Assembly: GCA_024407875.1 (NCBI GenBank)
Contig: JAKSVT010000004.1
Coordinates: 6,982-70,981 of the forward strand
Direction: 5' to 3'
DNA from: Alphaproteobacteria bacterium
Lineage (GTDB): Bacteria > Pseudomonadota > Alphaproteobacteria > CAAGCB01 > CAG-977
Length of the DNA stretch: 64,000 nt
The first letter of the stretch is position 1, and each line of letters starts with the position of its first letter. The notes below the pieces were generated by a model that saw nothing but the letters and a program-made list of their open reading frames with translations, ran no database searches and had not been told where the DNA came from. Of this stretch, positions 10,753-20,395 are shown piece by piece. Both the position numbers and the translations under genes were made by a program.

Positions 10753-12222
10753 TTATTTCTTTTTCTTATTCTCAAAAGGATTCTTTGCTTTTCTCATCAT
10801 AATTCGAATAGGAACACCTGTTATTTTCAAATATTGAGCAAGCCCTCTTATTAAATATCTTAAATAAGACTCTGGCAATTTTTCTGGATTTGAAGAAAAC
10901 AATGCAAATGTAGGAGGACGAGACTTAATTTGTGTCATATATTTTAAAGGAATAGGTCTTTTTGATGCAGATAATGGAGGAGGCGTCATCTCTACCATTG
11001 CTGCTAACCAACGATTTAACTTACCTGTAGAAACTCTGCTTGACCAAATTTCATATACTTCATAAACAGCTTTCATTAATTTATCTAGACCTTCTCCAGT
11101 TCTGGCAGAAATCATAACTGTTTTAATATCTTTAACCTGAGTTAAACACATTTCTAATTTTTCATTTAAAATATCAGTTAGAGTTTTTTTATCTTTTACT
11201 GTATCTAATTTATTTACAGCAATAATCAAAGCCCTTCCTTCTTCCAATACTTGCCTTGCGATTGTTAAATCTTGTTTTTCTAAAATGCCATCAGCATCTA
11301 ATACTAAAACAACCACTTGGGCTAAAAAAGCTGCACGACGTGTATCAGCACAAGATAATTTTTCTAGACTATCTTCAACCTTTGCATGTTTACGTAAACC
11401 TGCAGTATCTGTTAATCTTAATTTTCTTCCCTTATATTCCCAATTTACAGAAATGGCATCTCTAGTCAAACCTGCCATAGGGCCTGTTAACAGTCTATCC
11501 TGTCCAATTAAACGATTAACTAAAGTAGACTTACCAACATTTGGTCTTCCAACAATAGCTATATCTATAATCTCTTTTGAATGGTCAATAGGGTTGTCAT
11601 CATCTATTTCTTCATCTTCGCCAAAAATTTCCGCTTTTTCTTTTGCTTTACGTTCAGCATTTAATTTTCTTTTTGACTTAAATTGATTTTCTTCAGCTTC
11701 TTTCTTACGTTGTCCTTCCTCTTGTGGATTTACAATATAAGGACGTAAAGCCTCAAATAAATCTCCCATCCCTATTCCATGTTCAGCACTTATTAAAATA
11801 GGTTGACCAAAGCCTAAAGCAAACAACTCTCTATCTGCTTGGTCAAACTTAGCCCCTTCAGCTTTATTTGCTACTAAAATAACTGGTTTTCCAACTTTAC
11901 GAAGTAATCTTCCTGTCTCTTTATCTAAAGGAGTTACACCAGCTCTGATATCAACCATAAACAAAATAGCATCACATTGATCTAATGCTTTTTGTGTTTG
12001 TTTCCACATTAAAGCTGTTAAACTATCTGTACTTCCTGGTTCTAAACCTGCTGTATCAACAGCTGTAAAAGGAACCGCATATAATGATGCTGCACCTTCT
12101 CTTCTATCACGAGTAACACCTGGTCTATCATGCACAATTGCACGTTTTTTACCAATTAATCTATTAAACAAAGTTGATTTACCAACATTTGTCCTTCCGA
12201 CTAGCGCAATTATACCACTCAT
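10753..12222 (-). CDS. der: Ribosome biogenesis GTPase Der (EngA)
   Basis: Two tandem GTPase domains ('GRTNVGKST', 'GRPNVGKST') and a KH-like C-terminus. Confidence 0.9.
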   Translation of the reverse strand: MSGIIALVGRTNVGKSTLFNRLIGKKRAIVHDRPGVTRDRREGAASLYAVPFTAVDTAGLEPGSTDSLTALMWKQTQKALDQCDAILFMVDIRAGVTPLDKETGRLLRKVGKPVILVANKAEGAKFDQADRELFALGFGQPILISAEHGIGMGDLFEALRPYIVNPQEEGQRKKEAEENQFKSKRKLNAERKAKEKAEIFGEDEEIDDDNPIDHSKEIIDIAIVGRPNVGKSTLVNRLIGQDRLLTGPMAGLTRDAISVNWEYKGRKLRLTDTAGLRKHAKVEDSLEKLSCADTRRAAFLAQVVVLVLDADGILEKQDLTIARQVLEEGRALIIAVNKLDTVKDKKTLTDILNEKLEMCLTQVKDIKTVMISARTGEGLDKLMKAVYEVYEIWSSRVSTGKLNRWLAAMVEMTPPPLSASKRPIPLKYMTQIKSRPPTFALFSSNPEKLPESYLRYLIRGLAQYLKITGVPIRIMMRKAKNPFENKKKK

Positions 12223-13544
12223 CTGTATGCCACCAAATCACCATCATATGTTAAGAAAAACAGTGTCTCATTCGAAACAATAGGAATAAGTGTTCCAACA
12301 TCACCAACTTCTTCAAATCCTATAATAGTTCCTGTTTGAGGAGATAAAGCAACAGCTTTACCTAAAGAATTAGTTAGAATCAATCTAGAGCCTGCCATAA
12401 TTGGTCCAACCCATGTTATGACTTCATCATCAATTTTTCTTTTTAAATCGTTTTTCCACAAAACATCACCGGTATACTTATTTACAGCAAATACTTGAGC
12501 AGCATCAGATAAAATATAAATAATATCTCCAGCTATCCAAGGTTGATTTACACCGGCAATTTCTTGTTGCCATATCACACCAGCGTCTTTAATATTTATT
12601 GCAGACAACACACCGCCTGAAGATAGAACATAAACTCTATCTCCATCAATCACAGGTCTTGCCTTAATATCATTAAGAGCTACGATTGTATCAGATGAAC
12701 GAGGTAAAGATATTGATTGTTCCCATAAAAGCGCACCATTTTCTGGTCTAAATGCAATAACAGATCCTGATGCAAAAACAGCAACTCCAACACCATTATC
12801 AATAGCCGGAGAAGCTCTACCTAACATTGCAACATTATCCATAAAAGATTTATAATGCCATGAAATATGAAGTTCTTTTTGTTCCAAAGCCCACAAGCTA
12901 TTATCTGCCGTCATTACAAATAAACGACCACCATATACTGTTGGAGCTGAACGAACAGGAGATTTTAAATCTACGCGTGCTAATTCATCACCGATTTTTA
13001 CTTTAGATGCTCTATCATTATTAATTGAATATGAAACTATTTCTCCAGAGCCCAATGCAACAAATAATCTACCATTATCTATCGCTAAACCAGCTCCAGC
13101 AATACTTAATGAATCTGGGCTATTTTTATTTAAAGCTGACTTTTTCCAAACAACTTTACCCGCCATATTAAAGCAAGTAATTACACCTTTAGCATCAATC
13201 GTATAAATAAAATTATCGTATACAATAGGTTCTGCAATTAAATAATGTCTTTTACTGCTACCTTTTCCAATACTTTTTTTCCAAGCTTCATGAATTCTAT
13301 TTCCAATCAAAGGATTTTGCATTAAATGATTGGACATTCCACCTGCTTGAGCCCAATCATCATTAAATTCTGATGTTGGAATTTTAATAGTATTTATTAA
13401 CTCAGATTTTACTACAATATTTTTAGGCTGTGCCATCAAAGAAATTCTTTTACCAACAAGAACATCTGAATCCTCAGCACAAGATGACAATAATGTTGTA
13501 ACAAATAATGCAGATAAAATACCTACACGACGATTATTTTTCAT
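12219..13544 (-). CDS. PQQ-like beta-propeller repeat protein (BamB-like)
   Basis: Lipoprotein signal ('LSSCA'), repeated propeller blades, and conserved position upstream of der. Confidence 0.65.
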   Translation of the reverse strand: MKNNRRVGILSALFVTTLLSSCAEDSDVLVGKRISLMAQPKNIVVKSELINTIKIPTSEFNDDWAQAGGMSNHLMQNPLIGNRIHEAWKKSIGKGSSKRHYLIAEPIVYDNFIYTIDAKGVITCFNMAGKVVWKKSALNKNSPDSLSIAGAGLAIDNGRLFVALGSGEIVSYSINNDRASKVKIGDELARVDLKSPVRSAPTVYGGRLFVMTADNSLWALEQKELHISWHYKSFMDNVAMLGRASPAIDNGVGVAVFASGSVIAFRPENGALLWEQSISLPRSSDTIVALNDIKARPVIDGDRVYVLSSGGVLSAINIKDAGVIWQQEIAGVNQPWIAGDIIYILSDAAQVFAVNKYTGDVLWKNDLKRKIDDEVITWVGPIMAGSRLILTNSLGKAVALSPQTGTIIGFEEVGDVGTLIPIVSNETLFFLTYDGDLVAYR

Positions 13545-13546
13545 TA

Positions 13547-14251
13547 TTATTTACTCGCTACTTGCTTATTTAATAAATTTAAATATTCATTTGCACGTAA
13601 TTTCTTTGTTTCACTAATTTTTGTAGAAGAAACAATTTTTTCGAAACTTGCTTTTGCCATCTCAACATTATTTTGACGCAAATAAATTAAAGCTGTTAAT
13701 TCAAGAGCATCTGCACTCCATGCTGTATTAGAATTTACAACAGGTTCTAATTCTAATCTTAAAGCATCATAATCTGGATTATCATTATCAATAGCTAAAG
13801 AAACTTTATCTAATTTTGCCATTGTTTTTAATGCGTTAGGAACTTTTGAATCTTTTGATAATTCATCTAAAGCTTTGATAGCTTCATCAATCTTTTTTTG
13901 TTGAACTAAAGCTTTAGCATAATGCAAAGATGCCATTGCATGATAGCCTCTTGCTGAACTGTTCTTAATTTTTTCTAATAAAGCCATACCTTCATCTAAC
14001 TTGCCACTAGATAACATTGATAATGCTGTTTGCATTTCATTTACAGCTTTTAAAGATTGTTGTTGATGATAATACTTATAGTATTCAATTCCGCCTGTGA
14101 TAGCCAAAGCTAAAACAGCTAAAGAAACAACTATAGGAGCAACTTTTTTCCAAAGCTTTTTAAGCTTTTCTTGCTGCATTTCTTCTTCAACTTCACGCAA
14201 AATTTCTGCTTGTAATGGATTAACTTCATCATCTAAATTTTGATTTGTCAC
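13547..14251 (-). CDS. YfgM-like TPR membrane protein
   Basis: N-terminal TM segment plus TPR repeats; conserved partner of the bamB-like and der genes. Confidence 0.55.
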   Translation of the reverse strand: MTNQNLDDEVNPLQAEILREVEEEMQQEKLKKLWKKVAPIVVSLAVLALAITGGIEYYKYYHQQQSLKAVNEMQTALSMLSSGKLDEGMALLEKIKNSSARGYHAMASLHYAKALVQQKKIDEAIKALDELSKDSKVPNALKTMAKLDKVSLAIDNDNPDYDALRLELEPVVNSNTAWSADALELTALIYLRQNNVEMAKASFEKIVSSTKISETKKLRANEYLNLLNKQVASK

Positions 14252-14433
14252 AGCACATGCTCCTTATAATAAAAAAATCATTAGTTAAAATTATAATTAT
14301 AATTGGTTAAAAACAAGGAAAATATCAAAAAAAACTTTTTTTTATTCATTAATTATATATTTTTGCAATAATTCATTGTTATTTAATAATTTGTTTTATA
14401 AAATTAATATGTGATTTGTAGGATTTATTTTTT

Positions 14434-14856
14434 ATGAACTTAAGAAAGAATTTATTATTGTCATTCTTAATTTTAAGCGGATTAACAACATCTGCTTGTA
14501 GTTCTGTAAGTAAAATAAACAACTATGCAAGACCTGATGAATCTTTACCTTGGAATATGTCAAAATTAACAGCTTTTGGCATTCTTGAAGGAGCATCCTA
14601 TTTAGCAACAGATAGGACTGTAGGAGATCATATTTCTAGTTGGATTACAGGCAAAGATTGTTCCATTGTTAGAAGTATCACAGGTGAAGGAAAATATTGC
14701 ATGAACGATGTTGAACTTTACCGTGCATCTTTACCTAAATATTCTACTCAAACAATATATTGCTATAAATCATTAGCTTCAAATGTTTGTTATACAGAAC
14801 CTAGTAAAAATCCTAATGACGTTTTAACAGGAACTTATGAACGTCCTCTATATTAA
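14434..14856 (+). CDS. Hypothetical lipoprotein
   Basis: Lipobox 'LTTSAC'; 140 aa. Confidence 0.45.
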   Translation: MNLRKNLLLSFLILSGLTTSACSSVSKINNYARPDESLPWNMSKLTAFGILEGASYLATDRTVGDHISSWITGKDCSIVRSITGEGKYCMNDVELYRASLPKYSTQTIYCYKSLASNVCYTEPSKNPNDVLTGTYERPLY

Positions 14857-14859
14857 TAC

Positions 14860-15306
14860 TTATCTAAGAGCCTCTCTTTGATCAGCTATAGCTTCTCTAG
14901 CTAATCTATCGCATTCTTCATTTTCTGGATGACCTGCATGACCTTTTATCCAATGCCATGTAATTTTATGCATTCTGTTTAACATTTCAATATCTTGCCA
15001 AAGGCCACTGTTTTTAACAGCTTTTTTATCTTTAGTTCTCCACCCATTAGCCTTCCAGCCTTGCATCCACTGTGTTGCTCCTTTAATAACATATTGACTA
15101 TCAGATGTTAAATCAACTTCACAAGGCTCCTTTAACAACTTAAGAGCTTCGATTACAGCTTTCATTTCCATAATATTATTAGTTGTAGAAGCAGCTGCAC
15201 CTTGAATACTTTTCTCACTATCTTTATAGCGCAAAATTGCACCCCATCCTCCTATTCCAGGATTTCCACTACAAGCTCCATCTGTCCAAATATCAACATG
15301 TTTCAT
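14860..15306 (-). CDS. rnhA: Ribonuclease HI
   Basis: '[16 protein letters not shown]' and the DEDD catalytic residues. Confidence 0.9.
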   Translation of the reverse strand: MKHVDIWTDGACSGNPGIGGWGAILRYKDSEKSIQGAAASTTNNIMEMKAVIEALKLLKEPCEVDLTSDSQYVIKGATQWMQGWKANGWRTKDKKAVKNSGLWQDIEMLNRMHKITWHWIKGHAGHPENEECDRLAREAIADQREALR

Positions 15307-15327
15307 AATATATTCTTTTCTAAATTT

Positions 15328-16881
15328 TTATTTCCATAATTGTTCATATAATTTATTTGGCATATCAATTAAAATTTCAAGATTTTCTTTAGAATATTTT
15401 TCTATTAAAGTTTTTTCTTTTGAAAAAATAGATGTTCCTATACCTAATCTATGACCAGGAACTTCAAATCCTATCGCCTCTAAAATAGAAGGAAACAAAT
15501 CAATTTGAGAAAATCTTTTATTAATGTTCAAAGGCTCAATTTTTGAATTTATAAATAAATTATAAACAAATCTCTTTTCAGGAACCTCAAAAAATACACC
15601 TGACCTTAAATGATCACCAATTAAAACAATTGTCGTGTTTTTAGCGAATTCTTGATTTAAAGCCCATCCAACAAAATCAGCTGTTTCTTTTGCAGTATTA
15701 TATATTGTATTTTTTAAAATATTATTGAAGCCATAATTTATATTTGTTTTAGGAATATCTTTTTCATGTGTATCCACAGTACGAATATATAAAAAGAATG
15801 GGGAAGCAGTTGTTTTTAATTTATCTTTTGCAATACTAAATACAGTTTTATCTGAAAATCCCCAAGAATTTATTTCTTTATATTGAGGATAATTTTTCTG
15901 TATATATCTAGCATCTATTCTTTCATCTATTCCGTGATTTTTTTCAAAAACATCTACACCTTGAAATCTTGAATCACTTCCTTGAATCGAAATTGTTTTA
16001 TAGCCACTACTTTTTAAAACATCTCCCAAAGCTTTAACATTATTAAAACAATGATCTTTAAGCCTTAACCTATGTGTAAAAATTTTTTTTGTTGCCGTGG
16101 AAGGTATCCCCATCATTGTTGCAAACATTGAAGGAGTTGTAGGAGTTTGATTATATCCATTTTCATAGTTTGAAAAAGAAAAACCTCTTAATTCTATATT
16201 TTCTAATGGTTCAAGCATACTTCTTTTATAAAAAGCTCTATCAGCAAAGTTTTTTTCAAAACTTTCTAAAGATACTAATATTAAGTTATTAGGATTTGAT
16301 TTTAAATTTATATTTGCACTATCAACAGGCACATAGTGCTTTTCATAAAAATCCCCATATTTTGTTTCATGGAAAAATTTTATATATTTAAAATTACACA
16401 AACCCAATATCAGGCCACATAAAAAAACTGAAGAATGGATTATATATATATATTTCTCTAAAGATTTATTCTTATAAAAATAAAAACCTAAAGAAACTAT
16501 TTCACTAAATAATAATGTTTCTATACATATTTTTTGGGGAAGATATAAACAATATATACTTAATATTAAAAGAACAATTCCACCTAAACTAAATCTAATA
16601 TATTTATTAAGTTTATGTACATAGAAATTTATTAAACATAAAGCTAAAGTAATGATAAAAGGAACCAATACACACTCTAACAAAAAAAGGTTCACCATCC
16701 TTGGATTTGAACCACTTTTAGGAGAAAGCATAAAAATCATTAATTCATTAAAAGTATAATCTCGATAAAAATAATCTATAAAATGGCTACACGCACATAT
16801 AAAATAAAAAAACAAAATTAAAATATAAAAGATAATCTTAAACATTACGATACAATCATATAAACAAGTCGAAATATACAA
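15328..16881 (-). CDS. Sulfatase-like / LTA-synthase-family membrane protein
   Basis: Multi-TM N-terminus followed by an extracytoplasmic sulfatase-like (alkaline phosphatase superfamily) domain; the true start may be an internal Met. Confidence 0.45.
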   Translation of the reverse strand: MYISTCLYDCIVMFKIIFYILILFFYFICACSHFIDYFYRDYTFNELMIFMLSPKSGSNPRMVNLFLLECVLVPFIITLALCLINFYVHKLNKYIRFSLGGIVLLILSIYCLYLPQKICIETLLFSEIVSLGFYFYKNKSLEKYIYIIHSSVFLCGLILGLCNFKYIKFFHETKYGDFYEKHYVPVDSANINLKSNPNNLILVSLESFEKNFADRAFYKRSMLEPLENIELRGFSFSNYENGYNQTPTTPSMFATMMGIPSTATKKIFTHRLRLKDHCFNNVKALGDVLKSSGYKTISIQGSDSRFQGVDVFEKNHGIDERIDARYIQKNYPQYKEINSWGFSDKTVFSIAKDKLKTTASPFFLYIRTVDTHEKDIPKTNINYGFNNILKNTIYNTAKETADFVGWALNQEFAKNTTIVLIGDHLRSGVFFEVPEKRFVYNLFINSKIEPLNINKRFSQIDLFPSILEAIGFEVPGHRLGIGTSIFSKEKTLIEKYSKENLEILIDMPNKLYEQLWK

Positions 16882-16977
16882 ATTTTATATTGGTACTTTT
16901 TATAAAAAATTTCCATAAAACATTCAACAAACAATTTTCTTAAAATGACTCATTTTTTATATACATTGAATACTAAA

Positions 16978-17005
16978 ACAGACCGCATAACGCGGTCTGC
17001 TTTAT
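16978..17005 (-). terminator. Rho-independent terminator downstream of the pilin-like gene
   Basis: Perfect 8-bp stem CAGACCGC/GCGGTCTG with loop ATAAC, then a U-tract on the minus-strand transcript. Confidence 0.7.
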
Positions 17006-17030
17006 TAACTTCATTCCTAACAAATATAAA

Positions 17031-17603
17031 TTAGTTAAATGTCCAAGAAACTGAATTTGTTGCTGTTTTTTCTGTGCAACCTTTTGTAGCAACATCAGAA
17101 AATGTTGGAGGACATGTACCCTGTTGAGCGTTACACAACATTTCACTTGCAGCCGTTCCACCACCATTAACTGTTAACAAACCAGATGAACTTCCTGATC
17201 CCCAATCTGTCATAATTAAACGTGAACATACTTGCTTTGTTAAGTTTTTGTATGTAATTGTAAATGTACGGTATGGCGTTGCTGTTGTAATTGTAACATC
17301 TGTACCAAATGGGCTTTGTAATTCACTACAACTATCTACTTCTTTACACATTTCCTGTGGAATAATTGTTGTTCCCTCAAAAACAGCTTTAGTTTCTCCT
17401 AAACCATAATAGTTTCCTTGTGTGAAGTTTTCACGGATACCTTGAATCAATCCTGCAATTTGTTCAGTTGTTTTATTAACTTTAAATTTAGCCATAGCTT
17501 GGCCATAACCAGCGATACCACCAACTGTCAAAACGCCAACAATAGCCAAAACGCCCAACATTTCGATCATAGAACGACCGCGTTCGTTAGAATTTCTAAT
17601 CAT
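17031..17603 (-). CDS. Type IV pilin-like protein (prepilin N-terminal cleavage/methylation domain)
   Basis: 'GRSMIEMLGVLAIVGVL' class III signal and a Cys-rich C-terminus. Confidence 0.7.
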   Translation of the reverse strand: MIRNSNERGRSMIEMLGVLAIVGVLTVGGIAGYGQAMAKFKVNKTTEQIAGLIQGIRENFTQGNYYGLGETKAVFEGTTIIPQEMCKEVDSCSELQSPFGTDVTITTATPYRTFTITYKNLTKQVCSRLIMTDWGSGSSSGLLTVNGGGTAASEMLCNAQQGTCPPTFSDVATKGCTEKTATNSVSWTFN

Positions 17604-17697
17604 TTTCTTTCCCCCTCATAGAAATAACATTTATTTGATTCTTATACGATTTTTAGCAAAAGTCAATAAATTATTGCATTTTTGCTACAAATTTTAA

Positions 17698-18513
17698 TCA
17701 TTTAACCGATTTTTCTCCGACCCATTTAATAATAGTTGTTGCAATATCAAATTGATCCAAATCTGTATGTCCCCCATTTTCATATGATATAAGTTGTTTA
17801 TCCTCTGATATTGTTGCATTTAGCATTTGCTCTGCCATTAAGAATGGAACTGTTTTATCTTCTTTTCCATGTAGAAACAAAACTGGATTTTTATAATTTT
17901 TGATTTTTGTTAACGAATCATATTTGTCGCGAATTATAAACTTTACAGGAAGCCATTTATACTTATATTGTCCAACATTGGCTAAAGATGTGAAACCTCC
18001 TTCTAAAATCATTCCCATCGGTTCTATTTCTGTAGAAAGCTTTACACTAACTGCAGTTCCTAAAGATAAACCATAATAGAATATTTTTGCTTTTTCTCCA
18101 CTTTGCGAACGAACATAAGATACAGCTGCCATAGCGTCTAAAAGCAAACCTTCCTCAGTTGGTTTTCCAGGATTTTTATCAAAACCTCTATATCCTGCAA
18201 TCAATACTCCAAATCCTGCTTCTACTAACGGAACTAATTTATACATATGGTCTTGAGGATTGCCTGTATTTCCTTGGAAGAAAATTATAGTTGGCATATC
18301 TTCATATTTTGGTGCAGAATAATAAGCTTTTAATGTTAATTTATCTCCAGTCTTTAAAAAAACAGTTTTATTGGGAAACTTTATATTTTTAAACTCAGGA
18401 TGAAATGATTTATTTGGATGATACATCATCTTTTCTTGATTTTTATAAATACAAATACAAATTAATAAATATATAAGTAAAATTGCACCTAAGATTACTA
18501 AATATAATTTCAT
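17698..18513 (-). CDS. Alpha/beta hydrolase (S9/dienelactone-hydrolase-like)
   Basis: N-terminal TM anchor, 'GLSLG' nucleophile elbow and 'HGKEDKTVP'. Confidence 0.6.
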   Translation of the reverse strand: MKLYLVILGAILLIYLLICICIYKNQEKMMYHPNKSFHPEFKNIKFPNKTVFLKTGDKLTLKAYYSAPKYEDMPTIIFFQGNTGNPQDHMYKLVPLVEAGFGVLIAGYRGFDKNPGKPTEEGLLLDAMAAVSYVRSQSGEKAKIFYYGLSLGTAVSVKLSTEIEPMGMILEGGFTSLANVGQYKYKWLPVKFIIRDKYDSLTKIKNYKNPVLFLHGKEDKTVPFLMAEQMLNATISEDKQLISYENGGHTDLDQFDIATTIIKWVGEKSVK

Positions 18514-18536
18514 TTAAACCTCTCAAACTTTATTAT

Positions 18537-19274
18537 TTAAAAGCATGTAAATGTGTATTGCATTACATTTGATGATGATATGACTTGGGCTTGATTTCCT
18601 TTTTTAGTAATATCATATGATGATTTTGCCTCTTTTATTTCAAAATAGCTAGAATTACATGTTTTTTGCATCATTTTTCTTGCTAATTTTCTATTTATAT
18701 TGCCATCATCTTCACCAAAAATACGAACACGCATTTGATATTCTTGATCTTTTATAGTTTTTATTAGATCAACTCTACCCGATATATTATCTATTTTTTC
18801 TAAAGATGTTTTAGCTCTTTCCCATTTTGATGTTTCTGTTTGTAAATACTCTTGTGAACCTATTTTATCAGATTCTCCAACACATTTAAATCTTACAGCA
18901 ATAGAATATTCATTTACTTTATAAAAATATCTATCTATCCTTGTCTTTCCTGGCAAATCAGATAAATAAGCTTTGAAATTCTGAGCTCCACAAGTTTTCG
19001 TCATAATTTCAAAACCTGTATCCATTGCAGCCTCTATGTATCCGGGAAAAGGAGCAACATTCCCATGTTCATAAGGAGTTAAAACAACCTTCATTATACC
19101 ATCATTGATAGTCTTATTTGCTAAAACATTATAGCCACCAAAATGATACCAATCTTCATCTCCAGTTTCCCAATTATGAATCAATCTATAAGCCATCGGA
19201 TCAGTTTCATTTAATCCTGCACAACCACATAACAAAAAGGCTACTAATGAAAATAATTTAATTCCTTTAAACAT
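18537..19274 (-). CDS. Hypothetical lipoprotein
   Basis: Lipobox 'LLCGCAG'; 245 aa. Confidence 0.45.
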   Translation of the reverse strand: MFKGIKLFSLVAFLLCGCAGLNETDPMAYRLIHNWETGDEDWYHFGGYNVLANKTINDGIMKVVLTPYEHGNVAPFPGYIEAAMDTGFEIMTKTCGAQNFKAYLSDLPGKTRIDRYFYKVNEYSIAVRFKCVGESDKIGSQEYLQTETSKWERAKTSLEKIDNISGRVDLIKTIKDQEYQMRVRIFGEDDGNINRKLARKMMQKTCNSSYFEIKEAKSSYDITKKGNQAQVISSSNVMQYTFTCF

Positions 19275-20374
19275 TTGATTCTATCCTTGATGCTAATGAT
19301 GCTTCTAAAAACAAATCTATATCTCCATCTAATACACCTTTTGTATCTGATGTTTCAGCATTTGTTCTTAAATCTTTTACTAATTGATAAGGACATAAAA
19401 CATATGACCTAATTTGATATCCCCAACCAATGTCTGATTTTGAATCTTCTATTGATTTAATTTTTTCTTCTTTTTTCTTTAATTCAATTTCATAAAGTCT
19501 TGCACGAAGCATTGACCATGCAACATCTTTATTTTGAAATTGAGAACGTTGAGTTTGACAACTTACAACAACACCTGTTGGAATATGTGTGATACGAACA
19601 GCTGATTCAGTTTTATTAACATGTTGTCCACCAGCACCACTTGATCTATATGTATCAATTTTGCAATCAGCAGGATTAATATCAATCTTAATAGAATCAT
19701 CAATTACAGGATATACCCACACAGAACCAAAACTAGTATGTCTTCTAGCATTTGCATCAAATGGGGAAATACGTACTAATCTATGTACTCCTGACTCTGT
19801 TTTCAACCAACCATATGCATTATGACCAGAAATTTTAATAATTGAAGATTTAATACCAGCTTCTTCGCCCTCAGAAGCTTCTAAATATTCAACTTTAAAT
19901 CCATGTTTTTCAGCCCAACGCATATACATACGTAGTAGCATCTCTGACCAATCTTGTGCTTCAGTTCCACCAGCACCAGCATGAATTTCTAAATAAGCAT
20001 CATTCTTATCAGCTTCACCTGATAATAAAGCCTCTAATGTTGCTTTTCTTGCTAATTCTTGTGTTTTTACTAATGACTCTTCAGTTTCTTGAATTATACC
20101 TTCATCACCTTCTGCTTCCCCCATTTCAATAAGTTCAGCAGCATCACTAATATTTTGTTCTATTTTTTTACATGTACTAATAGAGTCTTCTAAAGCTGTT
20201 TTTTCAGCCATCAATTTTTGTGCTTTTTCTGGATTATTCCATAAATTTGCATCTTGGGTTAAAGCGTTAATCTCTTCTAATCTTAAGAGAGCATTATCCC
20301 AGTCAAAGATACCTCCTTAGCAATGCTAATGATTGCTTAATTTCTTCAATTAAATTATATGTTTCAGCTTTCAT
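19267..20374 (-). CDS. prfB: Peptide chain release factor 2, programmed +1 frameshift
   Basis: Frame 0 from ATG at 20374 encodes MKAETYNLIEEIKQSLALLRRYL and ends at the in-frame TGA of 'AGGAGG TAT CTT TGA C' (about 20304–20330). The +1 frame continues DWDNALL...LMAEKTALEDS and carries GGQ and SPF motifs. Confidence 0.85.
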
Positions 20375-20395
20375 CAAAATACCCTATTTATAAAT

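Noticed and set aside
16973-17167. 64-aa ORF overlapping the 3' end of the pilin-like gene
   Set aside because: It overlaps the pilin-like CDS and spans the terminator hairpin; no support.
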